Shown: piece after piece, positions 1 through 9,164 of the stretch
Numbering within the stretch: the stretch's first letter is position 1
Layout of the letters: each line of letters starts with the position of its first letter
Assembly (NCBI GenBank): GCA_024226235.1
Contig: JAAELW010000228.1
Coordinates: 1-62,960 of the forward strand
Direction of reading: 5' to 3'
DNA: 62,960 nt
From: a bacterium
GTDB lineage: Bacteria; Myxococcota_A; UBA9160; UBA6930
Notes under the pieces: generated by a model
Told to the model about the DNA's origin: nothing
The model's database searches: none
What the model saw: the letters and a program-made list of their open reading frames with translations, nothing else
Made by a program: the position numbers and the translations under genes

Positions 1-765
1 CACGTCAAGTACTACGCGGATGGCGCCATCTTCAGCCAGCTGATGCAGATGAGCGAGCCCTATCTCGATGGTCACGAGGGCGAGTGGATGATGCCGCCGG
101 ACCAGCAGCGGGCCGTACTCGAATCCTTCTGGACCCGAGGCTGGAGCATCCATATCCACGTGAACGGTGACGCCGGTCTCGACCTGGTCCTCGATCAGAT
201 CGAAGAGATGGAACGAATCCATCCCCGGGCCGCGGATCAGCGCGTGGTGCTGGAGCACTACGGATATGCGCGTGAGGACCAACACCATCGAGCGCACCGC
301 CTGGGAGTGGATGTCTCGAACAACTCCTACTACACCCACGAGCTGGCGCCCATCTATGCGGACAACGGGTTGGGAGTGGAGCGCGCGGAGGACATTTCAC
401 CGCTGGGCGGGCTGGCACGAGCGGGCGTTCCGATCTCGTTCCACTCCGACTACCCGATGGCGCCCGCCGAACCGCTGCGCCTGGCCTGGGTCGCGGTGAA
501 TCGCATCGGAAGTGATGGTCGCACCTGGGGAGAAGACCAGCGTCTCTCTCTCGATCTCGCTCTAAGGGCAATCACGATCGAAGGGGCGCGAAGCCTGGGG
601 CTGGAAGATGAAATCGGGAGCCTCGAAGTCGGAAAACGGGCGGACTTCACCATCTTGGATCGCGATCCCTACGACACGCCTCCTGATGAACTCGCCGACA
701 TCCCGATCTGGGGCACCGTTCTCGGCGGACGACCACACCCCATCACCACGCGCTCGATCGAGTAG
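1..765 (+). CDS. Amidohydrolase family 3 (YtcJ-like) metal-dependent hydrolase, 5' truncated by window edge
   Basis: Frame is open from base 1 (HVKYYADGAIF...). Motifs IHIHVNGD, VLEH, FHSDYP, TIEGA and IGSLEVGKRADFTILDRDP. Confidence 0.85.
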   Translation, partial: HVKYYADGAIFSQLMQMSEPYLDGHEGEWMMPPDQQRAVLESFWTRGWSIHIHVNGDAGLDLVLDQIEEMERIHPRAADQRVVLEHYGYAREDQHHRAHRLGVDVSNNSYYTHELAPIYADNGLGVERAEDISPLGGLARAGVPISFHSDYPMAPAEPLRLAWVAVNRIGSDGRTWGEDQRLSLDLALRAITIEGARSLGLEDEIGSLEVGKRADFTILDRDPYDTPPDELADIPIWGTVLGGRPHPITTRSIE

Positions 766-815
766 GAGTAGCGGCAGGAACCACAGCACGCCGCCAACCA
801 TCTGGAGAGGATACC

Positions 816-1694
816 GTGAAACCGATCACCCAACTTGCTGGCGAACGCATTTCCGTTCGCGCCTACGATACCGGGCGTCCCGTACCGGCCGAACTAAGGA
901 CGAGTCTACAAGAAGCGGTGGCGGCGAGCTGTCTTGGGCCGCTTGGAAACCAGGTGCGCATCGAGTTGGTCGACGTCGACGAACTGGCCACGGGGGAGGC
1001 CCGCCGGCTTGGGACCTATGGGATCATCTCCGGCGCCCGGCTCTATCTCGTGACGGCGATCGAAGACACGGCCTCCGCACGTGTGGATCTAGGGTACTGC
1101 CTCGAAAAGATCATCCTGGAAGCCACGCGACTCGGACTGGGGACATGCTGGATGGGCGGGACTTTTCGTCGGGCAAACTTTGCCCAGAGCATCGAAGTGA
1201 AGGACAGCGAAATCGTCCCCGTAGTGACTCCAGTGGGTCATGCGACCAAGCAAAAGAGCCTGCGCGAGCGAGTGATGCGAAGGCTCGCGGGCTCGGATCA
1301 GCGCCAGCCCTGGGAGTCGATGTTCTTCCTCGAGGGCCGCGACACTCCGCTTCCCCGAGGCGGGCGTTTCGATACTGCGTTGGCCTGCCTGCGCTTGGCC
1401 CCTTCTGCGAGCAACAAGCAGCCTTGGCGGATCGTCGAGCAACGCGGCGAAGAGCGCTTCGATTTCCACCTCGAACGCACGCCGCGCTACAACGAAATGA
1501 TGCGTGGCATCGATCTGCAAATGGTCGATATGGGCATCGCAATGTGCCACTTCGACCTGGCTGCCACCGAGGCGGGCTACAAAGGCGAATTCTCCAGGCA
1601 CTCACCGGCGCCGAAGCTGGATCAAACGGAGTACATCATCAGCTGGCAGATGCGACCGGATTCGGATGCGGAAGTGAACCCTGACCAGCCCTGA
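816..1694 (+). CDS. Nitroreductase family protein (two-domain)
   Basis: RISVRAY, GLGTCWMGG, LAPSASNKQPW and DMGIAMCHF motifs; GTG start after GAGGA. Confidence 0.85.
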   Translation: MKPITQLAGERISVRAYDTGRPVPAELRTSLQEAVAASCLGPLGNQVRIELVDVDELATGEARRLGTYGIISGARLYLVTAIEDTASARVDLGYCLEKIILEATRLGLGTCWMGGTFRRANFAQSIEVKDSEIVPVVTPVGHATKQKSLRERVMRRLAGSDQRQPWESMFFLEGRDTPLPRGGRFDTALACLRLAPSASNKQPWRIVEQRGEERFDFHLERTPRYNEMMRGIDLQMVDMGIAMCHFDLAATEAGYKGEFSRHSPAPKLDQTEYIISWQMRPDSDAEVNPDQP

Positions 1695-1741
1695 TCCGGG
1701 ATTCAGTTGAATCCGCATCGGCCTGCGCCAAGTCCGTCGCA

Positions 1742-2527
1742 CTAGCCGATCGCGACTTCGCGCTTCCGGTCGATCCGCCAGCGGTGAAGGCCGCCCGCTT
1801 GATAGGCCACCACGAAGACGCGACGGCTGGTCTGGGTCCGGTTCGTCTGGGAGCCATGCACGAGATCACGATGGAAGTAGAGCACGCTGCCTGAGGGCAG
1901 CTCGGTTGCAACGGCCTCGCCATCGATCAGGTCGGTATCGGTATACAACGCCCCCAGCACGCCGCGATCTTCGAGACCTTTCAGGTTGCCGTGCTTGTGG
2001 CTACCAGGGATCACCCACAGACATCCGTTCTCCTTGGTCGAATCGTCCAGATAGGTGAGGGTGCTGACCAGGGATTCGAGGTCTTCGGCTCCGTTCTCCC
2101 AGTACAAGCCCTCCTGATGCCAGGGAAACGGTGCTCCACCGGGGCGCTTCACGTTGAGCTTGTCGCTGAAGACGCTGAGGGCGTCACACTGATTGATCGA
2201 CTGGACCGGTTGATAGAGGCGCGGATCGTCGAGCAGGACTTCCAGGCGTGCATCGAGGTGTCCGGTCGGCTCCATCGAGCGAACCGCCACGAGATCATCG
2301 CTCCATTCCCATTTGATCGTCGAGCCCAGCACGGTCTGGTACTTCTGGTTGTCGACCTGGTCGATCGGCCCGGCGTCACTTCGGCCGGCCGCTTCCACGA
2401 TCTGCGAGTGAACGTGCTCCGCGCCCGCCCGCATTCCTTCGAGTTCCTGATCGGTGAAGACCTTCTCCCTGATGAAGAAGCCGAGCTCATCGTATTGCTT
2501 CAATTCCGCGTCTGTCGCTCGATACAC
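1742..2527 (-). CDS. Phytanoyl-CoA dioxygenase (PhyH) family Fe(II)/2OG oxygenase
   Basis: PWHQE (HxD/E), ENGCLWVIPGSH and HGSQTNRT..SRR motifs. Confidence 0.85.
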   Translation of the reverse strand: MYRATDAELKQYDELGFFIREKVFTDQELEGMRAGAEHVHSQIVEAAGRSDAGPIDQVDNQKYQTVLGSTIKWEWSDDLVAVRSMEPTGHLDARLEVLLDDPRLYQPVQSINQCDALSVFSDKLNVKRPGGAPFPWHQEGLYWENGAEDLESLVSTLTYLDDSTKENGCLWVIPGSHKHGNLKGLEDRGVLGALYTDTDLIDGEAVATELPSGSVLYFHRDLVHGSQTNRTQTSRRVFVVAYQAGGLHRWRIDRKREVAIG

Positions 2528-2733
2528 GATCTTCGCCTCCGCTGGCGTTCTGGATTGGGGCTGCGCCGCACATTACTGAATTCTCCAGTGGAGCGAATCC
2601 AGAACCCGGCGCTACTGGGGCAAATTGACCCAGTACTGGTGCCAGACCCCTGGATCGTCCTCGCCAGGCAGTTGGATGCGATACCTTGCTTGCACCGAAT
2701 TGCGGCGGGGCGGGCCGAACGAGGAGGTCGATC

Positions 2734-3447
2734 ATGGCAGATCGGAACCGATTGCATCCCCTGGTGGCCAGACGTGCGATGCGCGCGCTTCGCCAGGATC
2801 CCGACAATACGGCGGCTGCGATTCAGGTCATCGGAGCACTCTCGGGAGATTCGGGCAGACGGGCCTTCAGACGCTTCCAGCGCTCCCCCCAGGGCGAGCG
2901 GATCCTGCGCGAGAAGCAGGACTTGTTCGACGTGCTGACGGATCACGAGCGGCTCCACGCAATGCCAGAAGGTTCGCTCGGCCGGACGATCGTCGATTGG
3001 TTCGAACGCGAAAACATCAGTACGGCCGGGCTGGCGCAGGCCAGCGCGGCCGCACGCGACGGTGCGGTTCGGGAGATTGGTGCGGACGAGGCGATCTATG
3101 GCTTGCGCATGCGCAACCTGCACGACGTGTTTCACGTGGTGGCCGGCTACGACCGCGATCTGCGAGGCGAGGCTGCGGTACTCGCGTTCACGGTCGCCCA
3201 GAGCTTCAACATGGGTGTCGCCTACCTGGTCTGGTCTGCGCTGCGTGCCTCGGGTTGGAACTCAGAGGGCGGCAGATTGATCCGCCAGGGGTTCCGCCGC
3301 GGCAAACGTGCGAAGCAATTGGTGGAGCAGGATTGGGAGGCCCTCTTCGAGCGCCCGATCGATGAGGTGCGTGAGGAGCTCGGCGTCGGAGCGCCGCCGA
3401 TCTACGAGCAGCTCCGTTCGGCAGGAGCCCCCGCGCTGAGCACATAG
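2734..3447 (+). CDS. Coq4 family protein
   Basis: LHDVFHVVAGY...GEAA (HDxxH...E) and MPEGSLG motifs; GAGGAGG RBS at 2721 before ATG 2734. Confidence 0.8.
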   Translation: MADRNRLHPLVARRAMRALRQDPDNTAAAIQVIGALSGDSGRRAFRRFQRSPQGERILREKQDLFDVLTDHERLHAMPEGSLGRTIVDWFERENISTAGLAQASAAARDGAVREIGADEAIYGLRMRNLHDVFHVVAGYDRDLRGEAAVLAFTVAQSFNMGVAYLVWSALRASGWNSEGGRLIRQGFRRGKRAKQLVEQDWEALFERPIDEVREELGVGAPPIYEQLRSAGAPALST

Positions 3448-3550
3448 CGCAGCCGCCCTCGAAGCGAGGCGGCTCCAGTCTTCCACCCATGCATTCCCGG
3501 GTATCCGCCCGGACCGGGCCCGACTCCGTCGCCGTTTCCGCCCGGCGAGG

Positions 3551-3610
3551 ATCTTCGCAGTGAGCCTGAAATCTTCGCTGTGAGCCTCAGATCTTTGCAC
3601 TGGGCCGCTC
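3551..3610. repeat. Three degenerate 20-bp tandem direct repeats upstream of the EPS operon
   Basis: ATCTTCGCAGTGAGCCTGAA / ATCTTCGCTGTGAGCCTCAG / ATCTTTGCACTGGGCCGCTC, read directly. Confidence 0.8.
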
Positions 3611-3668
3611 ATCCACACTGCCCGTCGGGACGATGGGGGAGCGTGGAATCTGCGCGGCCCTCTCGATC

Positions 3669-5225
3669 ATGAAACGTTGTGGAGTACCCATCCTAGACGA
3701 CTCCCTGGGAGGTCTGTCTCCGGAGCTCCCGACCACCGTCATCGGTCCGTCGGGAGCCGGGCGCACTGTGCTCACGCTCGAGCTGCTGCATGCCACGATC
3801 TCCCGCGGCGAGACCGCGGCGCTGATCACCGGAGAGCCTCCGGAGCTCCTTCTCCGTCAGGCGGCAAGCCTCGGATTGACCCTGGAACATGCGATTCAAA
3901 GCGACCTGCTGACGATCCTCGAGCTGGATGCACGTGCCGCAATGCTCGTACGCGTGCACGGCGTCGACGCATTGATCGAAGCCATCGTCGAGGCTGCAGG
4001 CACCCCTGGCACACTCGTCATCGAAGACATCGGCAAACTGACCCAGGAAATCCTCGATGAAGTGACTCTGCGAGGCGTCGTGCGCCGATTGCTCGAGGTC
4101 ACACGGGGTTCGGGCGGAACGACACTGGTCACATCCAGCACATCGCGACTTCGTGGCACATCCGCTCTCGAGCAGGTGCTTGGCGACATGTCGGGAGCGA
4201 TCATCCAGCTGGATCGGGACGACGACGGCGAGAGGACTCTCCTCGTCAATAAATGCCGAATGGGCCGGCCCTTGGCAGAGAACCTCCGGTTCGAGATCAC
4301 CACCGGAGGGCTTCGGCAGTTGGAGCTCCATCCGGCCGTCCGAGAGGCGATCGGGAATGAAGTGGGGGAAACAGCCGAACCGACTCCCGAGTCCTTCGAC
4401 GTCGAAACCCGCCCCCGTATCCTGATCGCCGAAGATGAGCACTTCGAGCGCGAGCGCATCCAGGACATTCTCGGCGACGAGTACGACATCCGCTTCGCCG
4501 AAGACGGATTCGAAGCCCTCTCGGCTCTTCTGGTCGAAACCCCAGACCTCCTGCTGCTCGATCTCGTGATGCCGAGAGTGACTGGGGAAGAAGTGTTGCG
4601 CTCGCTCCGGGCCTCCGGCTCGACCCTTCCTGTCCTCGTCACGTCGAGCCGAGTCGGACGGGCAGCAGACCGGGTCCGCATGCTCTTCCAGGGTGCAGCT
4701 GACGTGATGGCAAAGCCCGTGAATGCCGTCGAGCTCAGAAGCCGGGTCACGACCCTGCTTGCCGCCTCTGCGGGTGGAACTCCGAAGTTGCAGGAGAACG
4801 ATGTCGCCGGTCTCCTGGCGAGGGGCAAGTCTTCGCATTGCCTGGACGAGGATGCCTTCGCGTTGCTCGTGGAACGTGCGAGCGAGTTTGCACGTGCCTA
4901 CCAGATGACATCGGCGCTGATGGCAGTGGAAGGCGAGCCGCAGATCATCGATGCCCTCGTATCCGTCGCAGACGAAACACTCCGCGGAGACGACGCCATC
5001 CTCGCGCTCTCCGAGGGACGAGTGTTGATGCTGCTCGTGTTGACGCCACCGACCACCGCGCAGGTCACTACGCGCCGGCTCGGAGAAGCCTTGGGACGCG
5101 CCAGGATCTCCCGCAAGGCGTTGAAGATCGGGCTCCAACCAGTGAACGGCGAGCCCCTCGAGCCCTTCAAAACCTTCTTCGACAACCTCTCACCCTGGCT
5201 CTCCGTAGAAAAGGGAAGAAAGTGA
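3669..5225 (+). CDS. RecA/KaiC-like ATPase* - REC - degenerate GGDEF* protein (BcsE-like architecture)
   Basis: KaiC/RAD55-like start (GVPILDDSLGG), Walker A variant GPSGAGRT, LVIED, KCR and RFEITTGG. REC: ILIAEDE, LLLDLVMP, VTSS, AKP. C-terminal RGDD-x5-SEGRV. An alternative ATG lies at 3633. Confidence 0.75.
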   Translation: MKRCGVPILDDSLGGLSPELPTTVIGPSGAGRTVLTLELLHATISRGETAALITGEPPELLLRQAASLGLTLEHAIQSDLLTILELDARAAMLVRVHGVDALIEAIVEAAGTPGTLVIEDIGKLTQEILDEVTLRGVVRRLLEVTRGSGGTTLVTSSTSRLRGTSALEQVLGDMSGAIIQLDRDDDGERTLLVNKCRMGRPLAENLRFEITTGGLRQLELHPAVREAIGNEVGETAEPTPESFDVETRPRILIAEDEHFERERIQDILGDEYDIRFAEDGFEALSALLVETPDLLLLDLVMPRVTGEEVLRSLRASGSTLPVLVTSSRVGRAADRVRMLFQGAADVMAKPVNAVELRSRVTTLLAASAGGTPKLQENDVAGLLARGKSSHCLDEDAFALLVERASEFARAYQMTSALMAVEGEPQIIDALVSVADETLRGDDAILALSEGRVLMLLVLTPPTTAQVTTRRLGEALGRARISRKALKIGLQPVNGEPLEPFKTFFDNLSPWLSVEKGRK

Positions 5226-6631
5226 CGCTTCGCCCCATTGCACACGCGCTCCTTGTGATGCTCTTGTGGGCCGGAATGGGCATGGCGGAAGGGACTGCGG
5301 TCGAGGAACGGCTCACCCAGGCCAATCAGTGGCTCGCAGATCGCGAACGTTGGGACGACGCGATCGAAATCTACCGCGATGCACTACGCCAGGACCCGAC
5401 CCTGACGGATGCGAGCATCCGACTCGCTCGGGTGCTCGCCTGGCAGCTCCGCTACGACGAGGCCCTTGCCGTACTCGATACGCTGATCGGCGAAGCCGGA
5501 AACCCGGAATACCTGATCGAACGAGCAGAGATCTACTCCTGGGCGGGCCAGCTCGACGCAGCCGAGAGGGACTTCGACGCAGTCCTCATGCAGGACCCGA
5601 ACCACGCCCGCGCCTACCGGGGCCTTGCCCGCGTCTTCATGTGGTCTGAGCGAAAGAGCGAAGCTGATCGCGCATTTCGCCGGGCTCTCTCTCTCGAAGA
5701 GAACGAGGAAGCGAGACGCGATTGGGACCAGCTCCGATCGAACGACCGTCCCTCCCTGGAACCCAGCATAGAATTCGTGACGGATTCATACGACTTCGAT
5801 GCATTGCGAGTCGGTGCGATAGCCACCTTCTCTCCCGATTTCGAAACCACGCTTTCGATTCGGACAAACTGGTTGAAGATCGACCATCTCGCAGAGCCCG
5901 AGTTTCTCCGTGGCGATACGAGCGAGAAGGGAAGAGAGCTCGGCATCGATCTGGAGCGTGGTCTTTCCGAATTGTGGTCCGGCCGTCTGTCCCTCGCCGG
6001 CCGTTCCTGGCGCGACGCACCGGATCGACTCATCGGCGAGCTGGAATTCGACTATTCCGGGTGGTCGGACATGACATTCCAGATCGCCGCAGGCCACCGC
6101 GATCAATGGGAAGACGCCCACTCCCTGCCGGCGCTTCGGAACGCGATCCAGACTACATACGCACGTCTCGGTGTCTGGCGGCACCTCGGTGAGCGTTCGG
6201 AACTGTATGCAAACATCGAGGGTGGCCGCCTCACGGATGGGAACCGGCTCGTCGGCAGCTACATGGAGGTGGGCTTTGCACCCCTCGAGCAGACCGATGC
6301 GCAACTCGTCCTGTCCGGGAGTTTTGCCAGCTACCACCGCCACGAAGACATCTACTACAGCCCCGAACTCGATGGATCGCTCGGCCTCCTTGCACGCAAG
6401 GATCTGGCCCTCTCGCCGACTCTCGGCCTTCGGCTCGAAGCCGGTGCCGGAATGGGAAGTTCGAGGGAATTCGGTGCGTGGAGCAGCGGCTTGGCGTTGA
6501 GGGCCGCCGGAATCCTCGAATGGAAGTTCGACTCCTGGGCACTGCGCGCGGAAGGCAGATTCGACCAGTCACAACGTGCCGCCACCTACCGTACATCGAA
6601 GGTCGGGCTCGAGCTGAAACGGAGTTTCTGA
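5222..6631 (+). CDS. TPR + outer-membrane beta-barrel polysaccharide export protein (PgaA/BcsC-like)
   Basis: GTG overlaps the upstream TGA. Signal peptide, TPR-like repeats (LARVLAWQLRYDEAL, RAEIYSWAGQLDAAE, LARVFMWS), amphipathic strands, YYSP motif, and C-terminal VGLELKRSF beta-signal ending in Phe. Confidence 0.75.
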   Translation: MTLRPIAHALLVMLLWAGMGMAEGTAVEERLTQANQWLADRERWDDAIEIYRDALRQDPTLTDASIRLARVLAWQLRYDEALAVLDTLIGEAGNPEYLIERAEIYSWAGQLDAAERDFDAVLMQDPNHARAYRGLARVFMWSERKSEADRAFRRALSLEENEEARRDWDQLRSNDRPSLEPSIEFVTDSYDFDALRVGAIATFSPDFETTLSIRTNWLKIDHLAEPEFLRGDTSEKGRELGIDLERGLSELWSGRLSLAGRSWRDAPDRLIGELEFDYSGWSDMTFQIAAGHRDQWEDAHSLPALRNAIQTTYARLGVWRHLGERSELYANIEGGRLTDGNRLVGSYMEVGFAPLEQTDAQLVLSGSFASYHRHEDIYYSPELDGSLGLLARKDLALSPTLGLRLEAGAGMGSSREFGAWSSGLALRAAGILEWKFDSWALRAEGRFDQSQRAATYRTSKVGLELKRSF

Positions 6632-6633
6632 TC

Positions 6634-7941
6634 GTGAACCGGGCAACCTACGCCCTGGCAGTTTCCGGCATCGTCATCCTGCTCGTCGTGCTCTCGTTTC
6701 TGCTCTTCAGCATACTTCTGGACCTTCGCATCGAATTGCCGACGAGGTTCCTGCAGACATCGTTCCTGATGGTCCTGGGCTTCCTCGTGCTGTTGATCAT
6801 GCGCTACTTCGGCCTGCTCTGGTTCTCCTACCTGGCCCAGCTCGAAGGCGAACGGAGCTCAACGACGAAGACCCCCCTGGTGACGATTTTGGTCCCGGCC
6901 TACAACGAAGGCCTGGTGATCCAGGGCGCGATCCGGTCCCTCTTCGAGCTCGACTACCCGCGTTACGAAATCCTCGTAATCGATGATGGCTCGACCGACG
7001 ACACCTACCAGAACGCTCGGGCCTTCGAAGGCGACCACGGACGCGTCACCGTCCGGGTGATCCGCAAGCGCAATGGCGGCAAGTCCTCGGCGCTGAACAC
7101 AGGAATCGCCAATGCCAAAGGTGAGCTGATCCTCTGCATGGACGGCGATTCGCGGCTGTCTCCCGACACACTTCGGAAGGCCGTTCGCCACTTCTCCTCT
7201 CCCTCTATCGCTGCAGTGGCGGGAAGCGTGAAAGTCGCCAACCGGAACAGCTTGCTGGCTCGGCTTCAAGCACTCGAGTACGTCGAAGGCCTCAACATGG
7301 TCCGCAAGGCCCAGGGCTTCTTCCATGCGGTCAACATCATTCCTGGTCCGATCGGCATGTTCCGCCGCGGAGCGCTGGATAGCGCCGGGCGCTATGACTC
7401 GGACACCTTCGCCGAGGATTGCGACCTCACGCTCAAGATGCTGATCGGCGGCTGGCAGATCCACTACGAACCGGGCGCGGTCGCCTACACCGAAGCTCCT
7501 GAACATGCCCTGGACCTGCTCAAGCAACGCTACCGCTGGACCCGCGGCATCCTCCAGGCGATGAAGAAGCATCGACGCACGCTCGTATCCCCGTTCTCGA
7601 CACCGACTGCGTGCGCAACTCTCTGGTACATGGTCTTCGAGGGCATCGCCTGGCCGTTCATGAATGTCTTCGCTCACATCTTGTTCGTCTTCGTGGCCTA
7701 TTCCCATGGGAATGCCCTTCCATTGGTATTCTGGTTCTTGCAGCTCACGATTCTCGACATGGCAGCCGCTCTCTACTGCGTCTCCGCCGAGGAAGAGAGC
7801 ATCGGCCTCGTTCCCTACGCCATCTTCTACCGGATGTTCTTCGCCCTCTGCATCGATTTCGCCAAAGTGTTCGCGACTTTCGAAGAGTTGTTCGGTGTGC
7901 GAATGGGCTGGGGCAAACTCGAACGACTCGGGAGGATCTAG
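6634..7941 (+). CDS. Processive GT2 polysaccharide synthase, PgaC/IcaA-like
   Basis: N-terminal TMs, VPAYNE, DDGSTD, NGGKSSALN, DGD, AED, QRYRW (QxxRW) and C-terminal TMs; no PilZ domain. Confidence 0.85.
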   Translation: MNRATYALAVSGIVILLVVLSFLLFSILLDLRIELPTRFLQTSFLMVLGFLVLLIMRYFGLLWFSYLAQLEGERSSTTKTPLVTILVPAYNEGLVIQGAIRSLFELDYPRYEILVIDDGSTDDTYQNARAFEGDHGRVTVRVIRKRNGGKSSALNTGIANAKGELILCMDGDSRLSPDTLRKAVRHFSSPSIAAVAGSVKVANRNSLLARLQALEYVEGLNMVRKAQGFFHAVNIIPGPIGMFRRGALDSAGRYDSDTFAEDCDLTLKMLIGGWQIHYEPGAVAYTEAPEHALDLLKQRYRWTRGILQAMKKHRRTLVSPFSTPTACATLWYMVFEGIAWPFMNVFAHILFVFVAYSHGNALPLVFWFLQLTILDMAAALYCVSAEEESIGLVPYAIFYRMFFALCIDFAKVFATFEELFGVRMGWGKLERLGRI

Positions 7942-8136
7942 ATGGACCTCGTTCCCGTACTATCCACCGTCATCTTCGTGGCAACGATCGCGACGATGAT
8001 TCTCGCCGTCTTCTCCTACGCGGCGTTCAAGCTCCGTGAGAAGCGAAAGCCGAAGGGATCGGATGAAAAGCCCGTCTTCTTCCATCACTTCAAACTCGCG
8101 GGAGCAGACGAGAATGCCGACGCGGGCCCGGAGTGA
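7942..8136 (+). CDS. Small single-pass membrane protein (64 aa), probable synthase accessory subunit
   Basis: ATG directly follows the GT2 TAG, with a GGAGG RBS inside the GT2 3' end; about 25 hydrophobic residues, then KLREKRKPK. Confidence 0.7.
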   Translation: MDLVPVLSTVIFVATIATMILAVFSYAAFKLREKRKPKGSDEKPVFFHHFKLAGADENADAGPE

Positions 8137-8178
8137 CGGGAACACCGCTCTACGAGCCCTGCCTGGCGATGGTCGAAG

Positions 8179-8991
8179 CTAGCGGCCGCTGAATTCGGGC
8201 CGCCTCTTCTGCAAGAAGGCAGCCACGCCCTCGCTGAAGTCACTCGAGTTGGTGAGTTCCCGCTGTGTTTCGCGCTCGAGATCGAGCTGGGTTCCGAGAT
8301 CCCCGTGCTCGGCGGCCGCAAAGAGACTGCGAAGGCGCGCGAGCGCACGAGTCGGGCCCTCGGCGAGGCGTCGGGCGAGCTGCATGGCCAGTTCCATCAG
8401 CTCATCGTCCGGAACACAGCGCCAGATCAAGCCCCACTCTTCCGCTTTCTCGGCCGACAGGGATTCACCCAACAACGAGAGCCCGAGCGCCCTGGCACGA
8501 CCCACCAGGTGTGGCAGGTAGTAGCTCGAACCGACGTCGGGCACGATGCCGAGTCTCGGAGCGAAGACGAGCTTGAAACTGGCCGAGCGCGCAGCCAGCA
8601 CGAGATCGGCGGATAGTGCCAGACCGACTCCGCCGCCGGCAGCCACGCCGTTCACAGCCGAAATGATCGGCACACGGAGTGCGAAGAGTTCGCGAGCAAG
8701 CGGATTGAACCTGACGTCCATGCTGTGCGCGACTCTGTCGCCCAGAGTCTCGCCTGGCTCCTCGACTCCCGCACCCAGGTCGGCTCCCGCGCAGAAGGCC
8801 CGGCCGGTGCCGGTCACGACGAGTGCGCGCAGCCGCAAATCGTCGCCCACGACGCGCAATGCGCTGCGCAGGTCGTCGATCAGGTCAGCATTCATCGCAT
8901 TCAGCACATCCGGGCGATCGAGGCTCAACAGAGCCACCGCCCCGTCCTGCTCGAGCTGCACGGTCTTCCAATCACCCAGCTTTTCGACCAT
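8179..8991 (-). CDS. Enoyl-CoA hydratase/isomerase (PaaG-like crotonase)
   Basis: GRAFCAGADL, AVNGVAAGGG, LGIVPDVG and EGVAAFLQKR motifs. Confidence 0.9.
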   Translation of the reverse strand: MVEKLGDWKTVQLEQDGAVALLSLDRPDVLNAMNADLIDDLRSALRVVGDDLRLRALVVTGTGRAFCAGADLGAGVEEPGETLGDRVAHSMDVRFNPLARELFALRVPIISAVNGVAAGGGVGLALSADLVLAARSASFKLVFAPRLGIVPDVGSSYYLPHLVGRARALGLSLLGESLSAEKAEEWGLIWRCVPDDELMELAMQLARRLAEGPTRALARLRSLFAAAEHGDLGTQLDLERETQRELTNSSDFSEGVAAFLQKRRPEFSGR

Positions 8992-9164
8992 CGGATCCTC
9001 CCCAAGCACCCGGCAACCGGGGCCGAACGGGATATCCTCCTGGAACTGGCCCGGCCGGTCAACGAGGCCCGGATGGTTCCAGAGGCCCCGATGCGCGGTA
9101 CGCTACGGGCCCGCACGGCCGATCTCGGCCGATCTCACTGACACGAAGGGCGCTGACGGGAAGG

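Noticed and set aside
3669-4320. Circadian clock KaiC
   Set aside because: Single domain, Walker A Lys replaced, fused to REC, and no kaiB nearby.
4838-5221. Long N-terminal extensions given by the ORF track (e.g. 4838, 6478, 8823, 18084, 18743, 24847, 49286, 60827)
   Set aside because: They overlap neighbouring genes; downstream starts have RBS, signal peptides or stop-start coupling.
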